From IMG/VR virus record IMGVR_UViG_2563366797_000001: a stretch of 23,088 nucleotides of DNA. One strand, given 5' to 3'. A model generated the notes under the pieces. It was not told the origin of the DNA. It ran no database searches and saw nothing but the letters and a program-made list of their open reading frames with translations. The stretch is from a virus (lineage: Duplodnaviria > Heunggongvirae > Uroviricota > Caudoviricetes). Positions 19,154 to 23,088 of this stretch are shown here, piece after piece (the first letter of the stretch is position 1; each line of letters opens with the position of its first letter). The translations under genes were made by a program, and so were the position numbers.

Positions 19154-20185
19154 ATGTCCAATTTACTGACCGTACACCAAAATTTGCCTGCATTACCGGT
19201 CGATGCAACGAGTGATGAGGTTCGCAAGAACCTGATGGACATGTTCAGGGATCGCCAGGCGTTTTCTGAGCATACCTGGAAAATGCTTCTGTCCGTTTGC
19301 CGGTCGTGGGCGGCATGGTGCAAGTTGAATAACCGGAAATGGTTTCCCGCAGAACCTGAAGATGTTCGCGATTATCTTCTATATCTTCAGGCGCGCGGTC
19401 TGGCAGTAAAAACTATCCAGCAACATTTGGGCCAGCTAAACATGCTTCATCGTCGGTCCGGGCTGCCGCGACCAAGTGATAGCAATGCTGTTTCACTGGT
19501 TATGCGGCGGATCCGAAAAGAAAACGTTGATGCCGGTGAACGTGCAAAACAGGCACTAGCGTTCGAACGCACTGATTTCGACCAGGTTCGTTCACTCATG
19601 GAAAATAGCGATCGCTGCCAGGATATACGTAATCTGGCATTTCTGGGGATTGCTTATAACACCCTGTTACGTATAGCCGAAATTGCCAGGATCAGGGTTA
19701 AAGATATCTCACGTACTGACGGTGGGAGAATGTTAATCCATATTGGCAGAACGAAAACGCTGGTTAGCACCGCAGGTGTAGAGAAGGCACTTAGCCTGGG
19801 GGTAACTAAACTGGTCGAGCGATGGATTTCTGTCTCTGGTGTGGCTGATGATCCGAATAACTACCTGTTTTGCCGGGTCAGAAAAAATGGTGTTGCCTCG
19901 CCATCACCCACCAGCCAGCTATCAACTCGCGCCCTAGAAGGGATTTTTGAAGCAACTCACCGATTGATTTACGGGGCTAAGGATGACTCTGGACAGAGGT
20001 ACCTGGCCTGGTCTGGACACAGTGCCCGTGTCGGAGCCGCGCGAGATATGGCCCGTGCCGGAGTTTCAATACCGGAGATCATGCAAGCTGGTGGCTGGAC
20101 CAACGTAAATATTGTCATGAACTATATCCGTAACCTGGATAGTGAAACAGGGGCAATGGTGCGCCTGCTGGAAGATGGCAATTAG
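19154..20185 (+). CDS. cre: Cre tyrosine recombinase
   Basis: 343 aa, MSNLLTVHQNLPALPVDATSDEVRKNLMDMFRDRQAFSEHTWKMLLSVCRSW..., matches recalled P1 Cre; sits about 420 bp from loxP. Confidence 0.97.
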   Translation: MSNLLTVHQNLPALPVDATSDEVRKNLMDMFRDRQAFSEHTWKMLLSVCRSWAAWCKLNNRKWFPAEPEDVRDYLLYLQARGLAVKTIQQHLGQLNMLHRRSGLPRPSDSNAVSLVMRRIRKENVDAGERAKQALAFERTDFDQVRSLMENSDRCQDIRNLAFLGIAYNTLLRIAEIARIRVKDISRTDGGRMLIHIGRTKTLVSTAGVEKALSLGVTKLVERWISVSGVADDPNNYLFCRVRKNGVASPSPTSQLSTRALEGIFEATHRLIYGAKDDSGQRYLAWSGHSARVGAARDMARAGVSIPEIMQAGGWTNVNIVMNYIRNLDSETGAMVRLLEDGN

Positions 20186-20202
20186 CCATTAACGCGTAAA
20201 TG

Positions 20203-20219
20203 ATTGCTCTAATTCTTTG
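20203..20219 (+). promoter_or_regulatory. C1 operator-like site downstream of cre
   Basis: ATTGCTCTAATTCTTTG. Confidence 0.5.
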
Positions 20220-20235
20220 ATATTTATGGTGGCAT

Positions 20236-20547
20236 ATGAGAAAGGATTTCAACATCGACGGAAAATATGTAGTGCTGTCTGTAAGCACTAATATTCTGTC
20301 GCCATCTGTCATTGTCACCGTAAAGTTGAGCGATAGGATGCCTGATATCGACTCGATATCTGTTGCGTTCCCCGTTAAAAGCATGCGGAGTGCTGAACAT
20401 TTTGTGATGAATGCAACGGAGGAGGAAGCGCGGCGCGGGCTTACTAGAGTGATGGGGGAATTTGGCGAACTCCTGGGTAAGGTAAACAATGCCCTTTCAA
20501 TCAGTTCAGCAAGGTCCAAAGCGTTAACAGCTTCCATGATGAAATAA
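20236..20547 (+). CDS. Hypothetical protein (103 aa) downstream of an operator
   Basis: ATG with GGTGG upstream; stop immediately precedes an A-tract and hairpin. Confidence 0.4.
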   Translation: MRKDFNIDGKYVVLSVSTNILSPSVIVTVKLSDRMPDIDSISVAFPVKSMRSAEHFVMNATEEEARRGLTRVMGEFGELLGKVNNALSISSARSKALTASMMK

Positions 20548-20572
20548 AAAAAAGCCTGGCAAGGAGCCAGGC
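20546..20572 (-). terminator. Rho-independent terminator oriented for minus-strand transcripts
   Basis: On the minus strand GCCTGGC-TCCTT-GCCAGGC followed by T8; plus-strand side lacks a T-tract. Confidence 0.5.
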
Positions 20573-20679
20573 TGCACAAAAGAGCGGGTTTGTATTCCGC
20601 ATCCAATCAATCAAGAAGGAGTATAGCACACAGGTACTGAAGTGAAAAAATGTGATTCGCGAGAAACAAAATATCTACC

Positions 20680-20709
20680 ATTGCTCTAATTGATTGCTAT
20701 AATTTAGCC
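20680..20709 (+). promoter_or_regulatory. Tandem overlapping C1 operators (Op2-type) with embedded TATAAT; ref promoter
   Basis: ATTGCTCTAATTGATTG overlapping ATTGCTATAATTTAGCC; perfect TATAAT at 20698-20703. Confidence 0.65.
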
Positions 20710-20763
20710 GCAGTTTTTGTCAACTACGAAGACGTTGCCATTACTTCACTCCTTGACATCATT

Positions 20764-20789
20764 GGCGGCCATTAGGCCGCCTTTTTTTT
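20764..20789 (+). terminator. Terminator-like hairpin in the ref leader
   Basis: GGCGGCC-ATTA-GGCCGCC followed by T8, ending 5 nt before the ref ATG. Confidence 0.5.
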
Positions 20790-20794
20790 GCCAT

Positions 20795-21355
20795 ATGAAA
20801 ACAATCGAACAAAAACTTGAACAGCGCCGCGAGTGGCAGAAGGCAGCCAGAGAACGAGCGATCGCTCGGCAACGGGAAAAGTTGGCTGACCCCGCCTGGC
20901 GAGAATCGCAATATCAGAAAATGCGGGATTCTATCGACCGCCGTATCGCTAAACAGAAAGAGCGCCCACCAGCCAGCAAAACGCGGAAAAGTGCGGTAAA
21001 AATAAAATCTCGTGGCTTGAAGGGGCGAACACCGACGGCGGAGGAACGGACCATCGCCAATGCTCTTGGCACTCTCCCCTGCATTGCCTGCTACATGCAT
21101 GGAGTAATATCTGAAGAGGTGTCTCTGCACCATATCTCCGGTCGTACCGCGCCGGGTTGTCACAAAAAGCAATTGCCCCTTTGCAGATGGCACCACCAGC
21201 ATGCAGCACCGGCTGAAGTAAGAGAAAAATACCCCTGGCTGGTCCCTGTTCATGCCGATGGCGTGGTAGGAGGCAAGAAAGAATTCACCTTGTTGAACAA
21301 GTCAGAGATGGAGTTGCTGGCTGACGCCTATGAAATGGCAAACATCATGCACTAA
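20795..21355 (+). CDS. ref: Ref, recombination enhancement function (HNH-type RecA-dependent nuclease)
   Basis: 186 aa from MKTIEQKLEQRREWQKAARERAIARQREK...; C-terminal Cys/His cluster; preceded by Op2-type operators. The ORF track starts earlier at a TTG. Confidence 0.9.
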   Translation: MKTIEQKLEQRREWQKAARERAIARQREKLADPAWRESQYQKMRDSIDRRIAKQKERPPASKTRKSAVKIKSRGLKGRTPTAEERTIANALGTLPCIACYMHGVISEEVSLHHISGRTAPGCHKKQLPLCRWHHQHAAPAEVREKYPWLVPVHADGVVGGKKEFTLLNKSEMELLADAYEMANIMH

Positions 21356-21543
21356 TAAATATATTATTTTTAATCTTAAATGATTGACAACTGACAAGTG
21401 ACTTGAGTCAGAATCATCACACGCCCGGTACGGATGGATCCCTTTTCAAATATTCCATGGACGGCACAGTCTGAGTACCGGGCGCTACCTTCAGTTGTAT
21501 TGCTAAGCCGCCGCTGGTGGCTTTTCTTTTTTGTAGGGGCGCT

Positions 21544-21759
21544 ATGGATAAGAAAATATGCGTTGTTTCAATGAGCGTCGGCAAACCGGCGTCAATGACT
21601 GCTGCATGGATCAACAATGAGCTGATAATGGCTGAGCGGACCAGCTACCCTGAACGCCGCCGCGATATGGAACTCCAGCTGCTGCGCGAATTGCGAGAAA
21701 AAGAGGAAAAGGGTTTTATCGTGCTGGTGGAAGAGGAAAACAGCTTTATTACCGGTTGA
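21544..21759 (+). CDS. Hypothetical protein (71 aa)
   Basis: ATG with AGGGG upstream; downstream of ref. Confidence 0.3.
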   Translation: MDKKICVVSMSVGKPASMTAAWINNELIMAERTSYPERRRDMELQLLRELREKEEKGFIVLVEEENSFITG

Positions 21760-21777
21760 GTTGGCCAGCGTGTAAGG

Positions 21778-22046
21778 TTGCGTGATCCCTTCATGAACGG
21801 CAGACCGGTACTGATTGAAGCAATGCAGATTTACAAGGAATTGGAACGCCAGAAAGCGATCAAGTTACCGCGCAAGGAATCCGGCAAATACATCCTTCAC
21901 CAAAGCATCTTCGATTCCGAACATGACAAAAAAGGCGATGAATTTTTCAACATCAACTGGAGCGAAATAACGACAGAGCACGTTCTGACGTTGTTATGCT
22001 GCTTCGCAACGGAATATAACAACGTTGCAAGCGCCGACTACATTAG
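21778..22046 (+). pseudogene. Hypothetical gene truncated by IS5 insertion
   Basis: Open frame runs into the IS5 terminus at 22047; the last residues of the 98-aa ORF are IS5-encoded. Confidence 0.3.

Positions 22047-23088
<1,042 letters not shown>

Noticed and set aside
20115-20606. 163-aa minus-strand ORF overlapping the 3' end of cre
   Set aside because: Its start lies beyond a minus-strand terminator hairpin that would fall inside the ORF, and it is antisense to cre; judged spurious.

Overview
This 23.1-kb window reads as a segment of a P1-family phage-plasmid. The right two-thirds is recognisable P1-type backbone: the phd-doc toxin-antitoxin pair, the lpa/pacA/pacB packaging region, the immC immunity genes coi and c1, loxP, cre and ref. 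At least eleven copies of the asymmetric 17-bp C1 operator (ATTGCTCTAATAAATTT-like) are scattered through it. Several blocks look like cargo or insertions: (i) a complete Type I restriction-modification operon hsdM-hsdS-hsdR on the minus strand (4424-9847) with a short, single-domain HsdS; (ii) a translationally coupled operon (about 618-3143) encoding two paralogous sialyltransferase/Maf-like proteins, a lambda-type Ser/Thr phosphatase and a GT8-like glycosyltransferase, followed by a HAD-like phosphatase, which is the best candidate here for an undescribed system; (iii) an ORF6N/KilAC antirepressor-like gene with a structured leader, lying between pacB and c1; (iv) a full IS2 inserted in pacB with a 5-bp CTGGT target duplication; (v) a partial IS5 at the right edge. 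pacA appears reduced to a 3' remnant and no P1-type pac hexamer cluster is visible, so the element is probably packaging-defective. No rRNA, tRNA or CRISPR array was seen. All homology calls are from reading the translations and recalled family motifs, not from database searches.
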